Assembly (NCBI GenBank): GCA_001302825.1
Contig: LIZR01000004.1
Coordinates: 1 to 41,302 of the forward strand
From: Planctomycetes bacterium DG_23
GTDB taxonomy: Bacteria > Planctomycetota > DG-23
Direction of reading: 5' to 3'
DNA: 41,302 nt
Positions within the stretch are counted from its first letter, which is position 1. Every line of letters starts with the position of its first letter. The notes beneath the pieces are model-generated. The model did no database searches. It saw nothing but the letters and a program-made list of their open reading frames with translations, and was not told the DNA's origin. Below are positions 28,202 to 36,336 of the stretch, in pieces. A program made the translations under genes and the position numbers.

Positions 28202-28951
28202 TTGAATCAGGATAAAAGGCCTTATATTTCCTTAATCATCCCCGCATATAACGAGGAGGAACGGTTAGGGAGCACTTTAGAGGATGCAGTGCGCTTCCTG
28301 CGGGGTCTGGGTATTGCCTTTGAAATTATCATCATTAACGATGGCAGCGGCGATGCCACGGAGTCCATAGCCCGGGATTTTTGCGAAGGCGGGGAAAGCG
28401 GCGCAGAGGCCCGCCGATTTATTACCTATTCTATCAATCAGGGCAAAGGCTTTGCCGTGAGCCGGGGCGTGGAAAACGCTCAGGGCCAGTATCTGCTCAT
28501 ATGTGATGCCGATGGTTCCATACCCCCGAGCGAACTGAAAAAATTTCTCCCTTTTGCCGAAGAGGGTTATGCGTTGGTAGTGGGCTCGCGGGCAGTGCCG
28601 GGGGCACGAGGCCTGGTGGACCAGCCCCTGGTGCGCCGGATTTTGGGCAGGGCGTTTAGTCTCCTGGTGGCGACCCTCGTCGTCCGTATGGTAAAGGATA
28701 CCCAATGCGGCTTCAAACTCCTTGAGGCCCGGGCTGCAAGGAAAATCTTCTCCCTTATTACCATCAAAGGTTTTGCCTTTGATGTGGAGATGCTTTATCT
28801 GGCAAGAAAAATGGGGCTTGCGGTAAAGGAAGTTCCGGTGCGCTGCACTTCTTTTAAGCGAAGTCGAGTGAATCTCTTTAACGATTCCTGGCGTATGTTC
28901 TGCGATTTAATCAAGATTCGCCTTGGTATCTGGCGAGGAGTTTATCAGTGA
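28202..28951 (+). CDS. Soluble GT2 glycosyltransferase, dolichyl/polyprenyl-phosphate beta-glucosyltransferase-like
   Basis: TTG start. ISLIIPAYNEEERL...IIINDGSGDAT...QGKGFAV...ICDADGS...DTQCGFKL. The stop overlaps the next gene's start (GTGA). Confidence 0.75.
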   Translation: MNQDKRPYISLIIPAYNEEERLGSTLEDAVRFLRGLGIAFEIIIINDGSGDATESIARDFCEGGESGAEARRFITYSINQGKGFAVSRGVENAQGQYLLICDADGSIPPSELKKFLPFAEEGYALVVGSRAVPGARGLVDQPLVRRILGRAFSLLVATLVVRMVKDTQCGFKLLEARAARKIFSLITIKGFAFDVEMLYLARKMGLAVKEVPVRCTSFKRSRVNLFNDSWRMFCDLIKIRLGIWRGVYQ

Positions 28952-31398
28952 ACATCCCGGGCACGCCAAAGAAGCCGAAGGCCCTCTGGGCGGGTTCAAT
29001 CCTCATCCTTGTTTTGGTTATCATCTTTTTTTATAAGTTCATTTTTTTCGGCCTCATACCTGTGAATGGTGACTGGTGGCTGGCAAATTTTTATCCCGCA
29101 AGGGCCTATTACCCCTTACTTGAGGCGCAAAACCCGGAACTGGATGACCCTATCTATCAGCACTTACCTTTGAGGATGCTCACCGTTTCTCTATGGAGAG
29201 GCCGCCAGGTTCCCTTATGGAATCCTTACATTTTTTGTGGGACGCCACTTCTGGCCGATGGCATATCTTTGCCTTTCGACCCGCTTATCTGGACCTATCT
29301 TTTCTTCGGGCCGCTTTTGGGCCGGGGGCTTACCTTTTTCTTCCAGTTTCTCCTGGCCGGGGTAGGGATGTATCTTTTTCTGCTGCGTTTAGGCTTGAGG
29401 CCCTATGCGGCGATATTGGGCGCGGTTGCATTTATGTTCAACGCTATCTTCACCACCTGGATGGAACTGAGGACTCTGGTGGGGGCGATGTGTTGGCTTC
29501 CCTGGGTGCTCTTTTTTTTGGAAGGGGCATTGAAACGGAAAAGTCTTACGCAAGCCGCTTTTGCATCACTTTTTTTGGGCTTCAGCATCCTGGGAGGCCA
29601 TCTGCAATACGCCTTTTATGGGCTGGCGGTGGCGCTTCTTTACGGCCTTTTTAGAACGGGAGAGTATTTTTGGCGAACCAGAGCGGGGAAGGGCCTGGTA
29701 GTTCATCTCGGTCTTGTAGGTCTTGTTATTCTGTTGGGATTGGCCTTGGGTTCGGTGCAAATTTTTCCTCAAATGGAACTCACAGGCCAGAGCCAGCGCA
29801 GCCCTGGTCAATATCGTGACATAAATTTCCTCTCACCACTTTCGCTTTTCACCTTTCTTATGCCGGAATTTTACGGCAGTCCCATAGAGGGTGATTATGT
29901 TGGGGTGCTCCCACGCTCGTTTCTGGCCTTACCGCGTGGCTATATCGGGGCCTTTGCTGCAGTTCTGGCGCTTTTGGGCGCCTTTGGTCGGGAGAAGAAA
30001 AGAGCGATTTTCTTCACCCTTCTCGGCGCAATTACTATCCTCTTTCTCATCTTACTGGCTGTCGGGCTCGGCCTCCTTATGGTCAAAATATTCCCTGATT
30101 TTCATGCCCTCGATGCCACCAGACTCATCATTGTATATATCTTCTGTGCATCGGTCCTGGCCGCCTTTGGGATGGAGGGGCTTATCTCGCCGGAAACCAA
30201 AAGAAGCGCCCTTTCCTTACTCAAATTCAGCCTTCTCATTTTGGCGCTACTCTTCTTATTCCTGTTTTTTTCCCCTTATTTTGAAGGCTACTTATCCTCT
30301 CTGGGCGAAGAGGGGACGAGGCTTTTCCTGTATCTCTTGCAGCTTAAGGCCCAATATGGCCTGGTGCCGCTGGCTCCACAAATAATCCTGCCCTTGAGTT
30401 TAGCCGCACTTGGCATATTGCTGACCATCCTTTACTTAAATCATAAAATCGGCTTAAATTTCTATAAGGCCCTCATTTTTATTCTCCTGGCAGGCGAACT
30501 GCTCTATTTCGGCTGGAGATATAGCCCTTATGTCCCCCGAGAATATATTTATCCTCCGTTGCGCGTTCTGGAGGCTCTCAAACCAATGCCCACCGAGCGC
30601 ATTCTGGGAAAAGACCCTCCCGGCGCTCACCCGGTCAAAGGCGATATGCTCATTCCCAATTCCGCTCTTGCCTACGGATTTGCCGATATAAGGGGCGATG
30701 AATCCTTCTATCCCGAGCGCTATTTCCGCTTTATGCGCCTTATCGCCGGAAACGGCGCCTCCCTACTCGGCTGCATTCATCTGTCAGAACACGACTCCCG
30801 TTTGCTTGACCTTCTGGGCGTGAAATACATCCTGACTGCTGAAGAGTTAGAGGGCGGTAAGTTCCAATTAGTATACGAAGAAGAGAAAAGTCCTTTGAGG
30901 ATTTATGAAAATAAGAAGGTTTTGCCCAGGGCGTTTGTGGCCAGAGACTGGAAAGTGACCCAGGATAAACGGGCGCTTATCAGGGAACTCGGCTCTGGCC
31001 ACTTTGAGCCCGGCTATCTTGCCCTTCTGGAAGAACCAGCGCCCTTTTCCCCGCCTCCTCCTTCCCCGGAAAATGACAAAATAGAAATAACGCGCTACCA
31101 GGCCAATCTGGTGGAGATTTTCGCCTCCCTCCAAAGCCCCGGGCTTCTGGTTTTAACCGATTCCTATTTTCCCGGCTGGCGAGCCTTTGTGGATGGGAAA
31201 GAAAAAAAGATTTATCAGGTGGACTATATCTTGCGAGGCATTTTCCTCACCAGCGGAGCGCATCAAGTCCGTTTTATATATAAGCCGCGCTCCTTTATGA
31301 TGGGTGCTGTCCTTTCCGCTATTTCCCTGCTTATTATGGGCGCTATCTGGTTGCGCGAACTAAAAAAGTCTAAATCTCACAGCCTCCTTGGCCGATAA
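28948..31398 (+). CDS. YfhO-family polytopic membrane protein (GT-C-like glycosyltransferase)
   Basis: 816 aa with many TM helices. The C-terminal signature YFPGWRAFVDGKE...Y.VDYILRGIFL..G.H.V.F.Y.P is typical of YfhO-family proteins. Confidence 0.65.
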   Translation: MNIPGTPKKPKALWAGSILILVLVIIFFYKFIFFGLIPVNGDWWLANFYPARAYYPLLEAQNPELDDPIYQHLPLRMLTVSLWRGRQVPLWNPYIFCGTPLLADGISLPFDPLIWTYLFFGPLLGRGLTFFFQFLLAGVGMYLFLLRLGLRPYAAILGAVAFMFNAIFTTWMELRTLVGAMCWLPWVLFFLEGALKRKSLTQAAFASLFLGFSILGGHLQYAFYGLAVALLYGLFRTGEYFWRTRAGKGLVVHLGLVGLVILLGLALGSVQIFPQMELTGQSQRSPGQYRDINFLSPLSLFTFLMPEFYGSPIEGDYVGVLPRSFLALPRGYIGAFAAVLALLGAFGREKKRAIFFTLLGAITILFLILLAVGLGLLMVKIFPDFHALDATRLIIVYIFCASVLAAFGMEGLISPETKRSALSLLKFSLLILALLFLFLFFSPYFEGYLSSLGEEGTRLFLYLLQLKAQYGLVPLAPQIILPLSLAALGILLTILYLNHKIGLNFYKALIFILLAGELLYFGWRYSPYVPREYIYPPLRVLEALKPMPTERILGKDPPGAHPVKGDMLIPNSALAYGFADIRGDESFYPERYFRFMRLIAGNGASLLGCIHLSEHDSRLLDLLGVKYILTAEELEGGKFQLVYEEEKSPLRIYENKKVLPRAFVARDWKVTQDKRALIRELGSGHFEPGYLALLEEPAPFSPPPPSPENDKIEITRYQANLVEIFASLQSPGLLVLTDSYFPGWRAFVDGKEKKIYQVDYILRGIFLTSGAHQVRFIYKPRSFMMGAVLSAISLLIMGAIWLRELKKSKSHSLLGR

Positions 31399-31422
31399 TT
31401 TAGCAATATGGCGTCTTGAAAA

Positions 31423-31480
31423 TGACGAAAATTGTCGAGATTGGAGGCCATTTTTGTTCCATAACTGACGAAATTTGTCA
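31423..31480. promoter_or_regulatory. Pair of TGAC-N7-GTC(G/A) inverted repeats, a candidate enhancer (UAS) for the sigma54 activator
   Basis: The distal site is TGACGAAAATTGTCG (31423-31437). The proximal site is TGACGAAATTTGTCA (31466-31480), within the larger palindrome TAACTGAC-N7-GTCAGTTA. The proximal site starts 112 nt before TGGCAC. Confidence 0.5.
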
Positions 31481-31577
31481 GTTATTCCGAATCTCTTAAG
31501 GCTTGTTTTGAGGAATTTGTTTCAGTAATTACTTGCCAATTAAGAAGTTATGTAAATTGCCTAAAATTCGGCGACTA

Positions 31578-31593
31578 TGGCACAAACCTTGCA
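31578..31593 (+). promoter_or_regulatory. Sigma54 (-24/-12) promoter: TGGCAC-AAACC-TTGCA
   Basis: Exact match to TGGCAC-N5-TTGCW with GG-N10-GC spacing, 120 nt upstream of the first pilin start codon. Confidence 0.75.
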
Positions 31594-31712
31594 AACTCTT
31601 CTGAAATACAGGGGAACTGTCTAAACGCAAGTCTCTTCGATTTAGGGATGGCCTCTGACGAGAATAATTAAGGCTGAACTCTTTCAAATTATATCATAAC
31701 CTGAGAGAGGAG

Positions 31713-32411
31713 ATGATACCAATAAGGAAGAACCATCAGGCCGCCTTCACACTCATTGAACTGATGATTGTGATTGCCATCATCGCCTTCATCGCGGCTA
31801 TCGCCATACCCAGTTTCTTACGGGCCAAGATTGCTGCTAACGAATCCGGGGCTATTCAGACGCTGCGTAGTTTGTTCACGGCAGAGGAAGAACTCCGCCT
31901 GGCCGATATAATTGACCAGGATGCCGATGGTTCTGGCGAGTATGGTTTCTTCCAGGAGTTGTGTGGAAAAGTGGCACCTCCGGGACATGCGGCGCCTGTG
32001 TTGCCGGAATTCTTTGACCCGGTTTTCGGGGTAATGAATGGAGCGGGAGCCGCTTCCCGGGCCGGCTACCATTTCAAGATTTACCTGCCAGGCCCTGGTG
32101 CGGCGGGGCCGCCAGTGGGCGAGACTGGGGGCTCAAACAGCGCTTCGGCCAACCAAAATGAAATTGATATGCGTGAGGTCCGATGGGTATGCTATGCCTG
32201 GCCTATGGCTCATAATTTCACAGCAAGGCGTGCTTTTGCGCTCAACCAGGATGGGATAATTTTCGTTACCAAGGCCATGGTGACAACTTATGATTCCACT
32301 AATGTTATTCCGCAGCCTCAAGCGGCTTATGCGCCAGGTTCACAAAATCTCAAGGGCACACTGGCTAACGGCGTGGGAACTGACGGCAATACCTGGCGGC
32401 CCTCGGATTAA
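31713..32411 (+). CDS. Type IV pilin-like protein (large, 232 aa), prepilin-type N-terminal methylation motif
   Basis: MIPIRKNHQAA/FTLIELMIVIAIIAFIAAIAIPSF has the class III signal peptide pattern with Glu5, but Ala rather than Gly at -1. GAGAGGAG RBS. It is a paralog of the next gene. Confidence 0.8.
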   Translation: MIPIRKNHQAAFTLIELMIVIAIIAFIAAIAIPSFLRAKIAANESGAIQTLRSLFTAEEELRLADIIDQDADGSGEYGFFQELCGKVAPPGHAAPVLPEFFDPVFGVMNGAGAASRAGYHFKIYLPGPGAAGPPVGETGGSNSASANQNEIDMREVRWVCYAWPMAHNFTARRAFALNQDGIIFVTKAMVTTYDSTNVIPQPQAAYAPGSQNLKGTLANGVGTDGNTWRPSD

Positions 32412-32540
32412 TCCAGTAGAAACAGCCTTTTTGTCTACCACTTTGGGAGAAGTTAGAGGATTTGCCGAAAAATAGGCTGTTAAATTGGCTAAAGTGTCCC
32501 CTTTCCTTTGCCGATTATTAATGGTGTAATATGCTGCCGG

Positions 32541-32597
32541 TGACTAAAACGGTCGATATTTGTTCAACTGTGCACAAAAAACTGACGAAATTTGTCA
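32541..32597. promoter_or_regulatory. Second pair of TGAC-N7-GTC(G/A) inverted repeats (candidate UAS)
   Basis: The distal site is TGACTAAAACGGTCG (32541-32555) and the proximal site is TGACGAAATTTGTCA (32583-32597). The proximal site again starts exactly 112 nt before TGGCAC. Distal-to-proximal offset is 42 nt, against 43 nt in the first copy. Confidence 0.5.
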
Positions 32598-32694
32598 ATT
32601 TGGTTAGGTCTAAAAATGTGCCGAAGAAAGTTGGGTTTTTTATTAGTCCTTGCAGAATAAGGATTTGCGTAAATGAATAAAAATTTATTGAGTA

Positions 32695-32710
32695 TGGCAC
32701 GCTCCTTGCA
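32695..32710 (+). promoter_or_regulatory. Sigma54 (-24/-12) promoter: TGGCAC-GCTCC-TTGCA
   Basis: Exact TGGCAC-N5-TTGCA, 123 nt upstream of ATG 32833. Confidence 0.75.
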
Positions 32711-32832
32711 TAATAGAATTGTGGAATGAGGTCAGTAGAGGCATCTGAAGCGAAAGGAGGTCTTCTGGTGCGAGAGGTTAATACTGACCATTGGGCAAAC
32801 TGGGTACCAAGTGTAGAGAGGAGGTGAGAGGG

Positions 32833-33528
32833 ATGAGAAAGAGGAGTGAGGGCGGTTTCACACTCATTGAGTTGATGATTGTGATTGCCATAATCGCCAT
32901 CATTGCGGCCATCGCTATACCCAGCCTGTTGCGGTCAAGGATTGCGGCCAACGAGGTTGCGGCTATCGGGGCCTTACGCAGTCTTATGTCTGCACAGGAA
33001 GAGTTCCGTATGGCGGATATAATTGACCAGGATCCGGGTGGGGCAGATGGTGCTGGCGAGTATGGGTTCTTCCAGGAGTTGTGTGGGAGCATCGCACCGC
33101 CGGGGCATGTTGCCCCTATTTTGCCGGAATTTTTTGACCCGGTTTTCGGGGTGATTAATGTACAAGGCTGTGCCAGCAAGACGGGCTACTACTTCCAGGT
33201 TTGGCTGCCAGGGCCTGATGGTGGGCCGGCAGTTGCTGAGGCTCCTGCCACCAACAGCGCCACCGCCAGCCCCGGTGCAGTCAATAGTCGGGAGAACCGG
33301 TGGACGGCATATGCCTGGCCTATGGATTATGACAGCACCGGCAGGCGTGCCTTCGTGATGAACCATTCCGGCAATGTCTTCGCGACCGCTGCTACCGTGC
33401 TGACCTATGATGGTACCGGCACTATGCCCGGGGCCAACGCGGCCTATGTAGTGGGTACGGTAAACCTGAGCGGCGCCCTGGCCAATGGCGTGGCCGTTGA
33501 CGGAAACACGTGGCATCCGGCCGACTAA
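32833..33528 (+). CDS. Type IV pilin-like protein (large, 231 aa), paralog of 31713-32411
   Basis: The track ORF starts at 32791 (TTG). ATG 32833 follows GAGGAGGTGAGAGGG and gives the canonical short leader MRKRSEGG/FTLIELMIVIAIIAIIAAIAIPSL. Conserved blocks shared with the first pilin are GEYGFFQELCG, APPGH.AP.LPEFFDPVFGV, YAWPM and DGNTW.P.D. Confidence 0.85.
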   Translation: MRKRSEGGFTLIELMIVIAIIAIIAAIAIPSLLRSRIAANEVAAIGALRSLMSAQEEFRMADIIDQDPGGADGAGEYGFFQELCGSIAPPGHVAPILPEFFDPVFGVINVQGCASKTGYYFQVWLPGPDGGPAVAEAPATNSATASPGAVNSRENRWTAYAWPMDYDSTGRRAFVMNHSGNVFATAATVLTYDGTGTMPGANAAYVVGTVNLSGALANGVAVDGNTWHPAD

Positions 33529-33571
33529 GCCACGAGATGGGCTTGTGGCAGTGTTAGTTGGCTGGTGTTGA

Positions 33572-33608
33572 AGGGCGATGCCTTGAAAAAGGCATCGCCC
33601 TTTTTTTC
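33572..33608 (+). terminator. Intrinsic terminator after the second pilin gene
   Basis: AGGGCGATGCC-TTGAAAAA-GGCATCGCCCT forms a perfect 11-bp stem followed by a T-run (33601-33607). Confidence 0.8.
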
Positions 33609-33703
33609 AATTATATGCCCGGGCTATCTCAATGCTGCCCAGCCCGATAGGACACCCCCGTCAGCACTTCAAGAGATAAATAGGACCATTTCTTGCATTA
33701 GAA

Positions 33704-33727
33704 GGTGGCCCAAAGGCCGCTTTTTTC
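33704..33727 (+). terminator. Second, weaker terminator-like hairpin
   Basis: GGTGGCC-CAAA-GGCCGC(T) followed by T6. The stem is 6-7 bp including G-U pairs. Confidence 0.35.
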
Positions 33728-33876
33728 AAAAAAGTAATACACAAAAGTGAAATGCTTCGTTATAATTTGCCTGGTGCTGCAACTTCTGCCCTCTTTGGTT
33801 GAATATGGATGAATAATTACCACCCCTTGTCAAAGTGGAATCGCACCAGAGGTTCCGGGGAAAGCAAGGTGATGTT

Positions 33877-34455
33877 ATGTCCTGGAAGGTCCTGAAGCAT
33901 TTCATATTCTTCTCCTTTGTCATAGTGACGGGCTGTTCCCAGGTGACCGACAGCATAAGGCCAGATTATGTGGGAAAACATATGTGGCTTCGCACTAATT
34001 TAAGGGCGATGGAGAATAAGGTTACCTGGGATGGCTACCTGAGCGGACGCATCCTGCCGGCGGGCAAAAGAGTGAAAATATTGGAAGTAAATGACCAGTT
34101 GGTGGTATTTCTGCTGGAAGGCCGTAGATACTACTTCCATTATGGCCAGGCGGGAAGTACTCTTGCCGCCGGGGAACTTCTGGCCAAATTTTTTGAGTCG
34201 GAGCCGCCGCAGGCTTTAAGGGAACTCGAGCCCCGAAGCAGGGGCCTCATCGCTTTGGGAGAGGTTGAGGTGGGGATGACCAAAGATGAGGTGCTGCTTT
34301 CCTGGGGCTATCCTCATCGCATCCGGGAGGAGCCCACCATAGATAAAAGCGATGGGCAAATCATCCTGGCCGACGACTGGGTTTATCGGGAAAGTGCTTT
34401 TGGGGAAGTGGCCCTGGTATTTTCCGGTGGCCGAGTGGCAAAAATCGTGAGATAG
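33877..34455 (+). CDS. Putative lipoprotein, C-terminal part BamE/SmpA_OmlA-like
   Basis: The track ORF starts at 33835. ATG 33877 follows AAGGTGA and gives MSWKVLKHFIFFSFVIVTGC, a signal peptide plus lipobox. GMTKDEVLLSWGYP resembles the BamE-type motif. Confidence 0.5.
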   Translation: MSWKVLKHFIFFSFVIVTGCSQVTDSIRPDYVGKHMWLRTNLRAMENKVTWDGYLSGRILPAGKRVKILEVNDQLVVFLLEGRRYYFHYGQAGSTLAAGELLAKFFESEPPQALRELEPRSRGLIALGEVEVGMTKDEVLLSWGYPHRIREEPTIDKSDGQIILADDWVYRESAFGEVALVFSGGRVAKIVR

Positions 34456-34525
34456 GTAACTGCTCGCTTTGGGAGATGAAAAAGTGAGGCCTTTGCGTAA
34501 TCCAGCGCTACGAAGGAGACACGGA

Positions 34526-35506
34526 GTGAATGAGGACAAGATAGGGGTAATGCTGGTAGGATGTGGAGGTATTGCTCGCTCGCATCTGGCCGCGGTGGGA
34601 AAATTTCCCCATCTCGCCCGACTGGTGGCGACAGTGGACAAGACCAAAACCCGGGCCCGCCGGGCAAAAAAGGAATTTGGAGCCGAAAGAGCCTATTTCA
34701 ATTTGGAAGAGGCCCTTGCAGATAAAGATGTTCAGGCGGTCGTCCTTACGCTTCCTCATCATCTGCACGCTCCTGTTGCTATGCAAGCCCTTAAAGCCGG
34801 AAAGAGTGTCCTGGTGGAAAAACCTATGGCCCTTCGCCTCAAAGATGCCGACCGAATGATTGCCGAAGCCGAGAAGCGCAAGCTCACTCTAATGGTAGGC
34901 CAGAGCCTTCGCTTTTCCCCGGCTATGCAAAAGGCCCGGGAACTCATCAAAAAGGGAAGAATTGGGCAAGTGGTGCATATGATTGCAAGGCGGCTGGGCC
35001 GGAGGAAAATAAAACCCAGCCCCTGGTGGAATGACCAGGAGAAATCCGGGGGCATCCTGGGGCATCACGGAAGCCATCAAATAGACTTAATGCTATGGCT
35101 TGTGGACCAGGAGCCGGTGCGCGTGTTTGCCTCGGCTCATTCAGTAAAGAGAGGTTGGGATTTGCAGGATGAATGTTCTTTAGAGATAGTCACCGAAGGC
35201 GGGGCCATTATCTCGCTTAACCAGTCCTTCAATTCTCCGTGTAGTACTAACGACACTATAATCGTGGGAACTAAAGGAGGATTGAGGCTGGCGGGCGGTC
35301 GAGAGATTTTTCTGAACGAGGAAACAATAGAATTTGAAGTTCCTCAGTTTAGAAGCATCGATGCAGAACATTTGGAATTTTACTTGAGCATCAAGGAAAA
35401 GAAAGAGCCGGAGGCCTCAGGTCGAGATGTGAGAAAGACGGTGGCGGTTCTGGATGCTGCACAAAAATCCATCGCTTCCGCAAGGGCGATAAACATTAGT
35501 GCATAA
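34526..35506 (+). CDS. Gfo/Idh/MocA family NAD(P)-dependent oxidoreductase
   Basis: The track ORF starts at 34469. GTG 34526 follows AGGAG by 7 nt and places the Rossmann motif IGVMLVGCGGIA at the N-terminus. The EKP motif (LVEKPMA) is present. Confidence 0.8.
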   Translation: MNEDKIGVMLVGCGGIARSHLAAVGKFPHLARLVATVDKTKTRARRAKKEFGAERAYFNLEEALADKDVQAVVLTLPHHLHAPVAMQALKAGKSVLVEKPMALRLKDADRMIAEAEKRKLTLMVGQSLRFSPAMQKARELIKKGRIGQVVHMIARRLGRRKIKPSPWWNDQEKSGGILGHHGSHQIDLMLWLVDQEPVRVFASAHSVKRGWDLQDECSLEIVTEGGAIISLNQSFNSPCSTNDTIIVGTKGGLRLAGGREIFLNEETIEFEVPQFRSIDAEHLEFYLSIKEKKEPEASGRDVRKTVAVLDAAQKSIASARAINISA

Positions 35507-35544
35507 TCCCCGTTCCTTAATTCCCGGTTTTGCGAGGAGGGGCA

Positions 35545-36336
35545 ATGATGAGGCTTTCTCTTTCTGCCCGGATAATTGAGGGGCCCCAGGGTAAATTCCA
35601 GATGTCCCTGGTCGAATTCCTTGATTTTGCCAAGGAAATCGGTTACCAGGGCGTGGAACTTCGCCAGGGGCAATATAGCGCTGAAACAGCGCCGGATGAG
35701 GCCGACCGCATAAAAAAACGCCTGGAAGAGCGGGGTCTCAGATGCGCATTTATCCGCGCCCCTAATGTAGAGGAAAGGAGTGGCTTGGAAACCTTTAAGT
35801 TGTATTTGAGTATGGCCCGCATTTTAAAGGCAGATGTGGTGCGTTTCCGGGCTACGGAGACGCTCTGGGCCAAACGGGCCGCGGACCTGGCTGCCGACCG
35901 GGGACTGCGCCTGGCCTCTCAGATTCATACCCGCACGCGCTTTGAAACTGTGGATATGGCTTTGGAAACCCTGAAAGATATTAAGCGGGAAAACTTCGGC
36001 GTCATCTTTGAGCCGGGCAACCTGGTTCTGGCGGGCGAGGATTATGGCAAAGAGGCTATCCAGCGGCTGGGCGATAAAATCTTCGCCGTTTGCGTCCAGA
36101 ATATCAAGCCGGTAAAAGAGCCGCAGGGTGAACATATCATTGAACATAAAGGCCGCCAATTCACCCGCTGTCTCATAGGCGACCCGGAAGGAGTAGATTT
36201 TGCATCTCTTTTCCAGGGACTCAAGGCCATCGGCTATCAGGGCTTTGTCAATGTCCTGGAGCCCAAATCTCACCTAATGGATAATCTGGAACTGGCCCGC
36301 TTCGCTTATGAGAAACTTAACCAGTTCCTCAAGTAG
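35545..36336 (+). CDS. Sugar phosphate isomerase/epimerase (xylose isomerase-like TIM barrel)
   Basis: The track ORF starts at 35530 (TTG). ATG 35545 or 35548 follows GAGGAGGGG. Family assignment rests on the overall pattern (GYQGVELR ... IFEPGN ... VLEP) and is moderate. Confidence 0.6.
   Translation: MMRLSLSARIIEGPQGKFQMSLVEFLDFAKEIGYQGVELRQGQYSAETAPDEADRIKKRLEERGLRCAFIRAPNVEERSGLETFKLYLSMARILKADVVRFRATETLWAKRAADLAADRGLRLASQIHTRTRFETVDMALETLKDIKRENFGVIFEPGNLVLAGEDYGKEAIQRLGDKIFAVCVQNIKPVKEPQGEHIIEHKGRQFTRCLIGDPEGVDFASLFQGLKAIGYQGFVNVLEPKSHLMDNLELARFAYEKLNQFLK

Noticed and set aside
29193-30385. Alternative-frame ORFs 29193-29654 and 29891-30385 inside the YfhO-like gene
   Set aside because: They overlap a continuous 816-aa ORF with a coherent TM pattern. 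They lack an RBS or any motifs.
32518-32700. 60-aa minus-strand ORF in the gap between the two pilin genes
   Set aside because: It is AT-rich with an implausible translation. It overlaps the inverted-repeat sites and the sigma54 promoter, which explain the conservation there better.
32974-33516. 180-aa minus-strand ORF opposite the second pilin gene (and 32778-33179 opposite its 5' end)
   Set aside because: The + strand frame carries the unmistakable FTLIELM prepilin motif, an RBS and a sigma54 promoter. The antisense frame has no support.
36329-36336. 8-nt overlap of convergent genes (the + gene ends at 36336, the - gene ends at 36329) with no terminator between them
   Set aside because: It is real in the sequence, but convergent stop-codon overlaps are common in compact genomes. 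There is no further signal to interpret.
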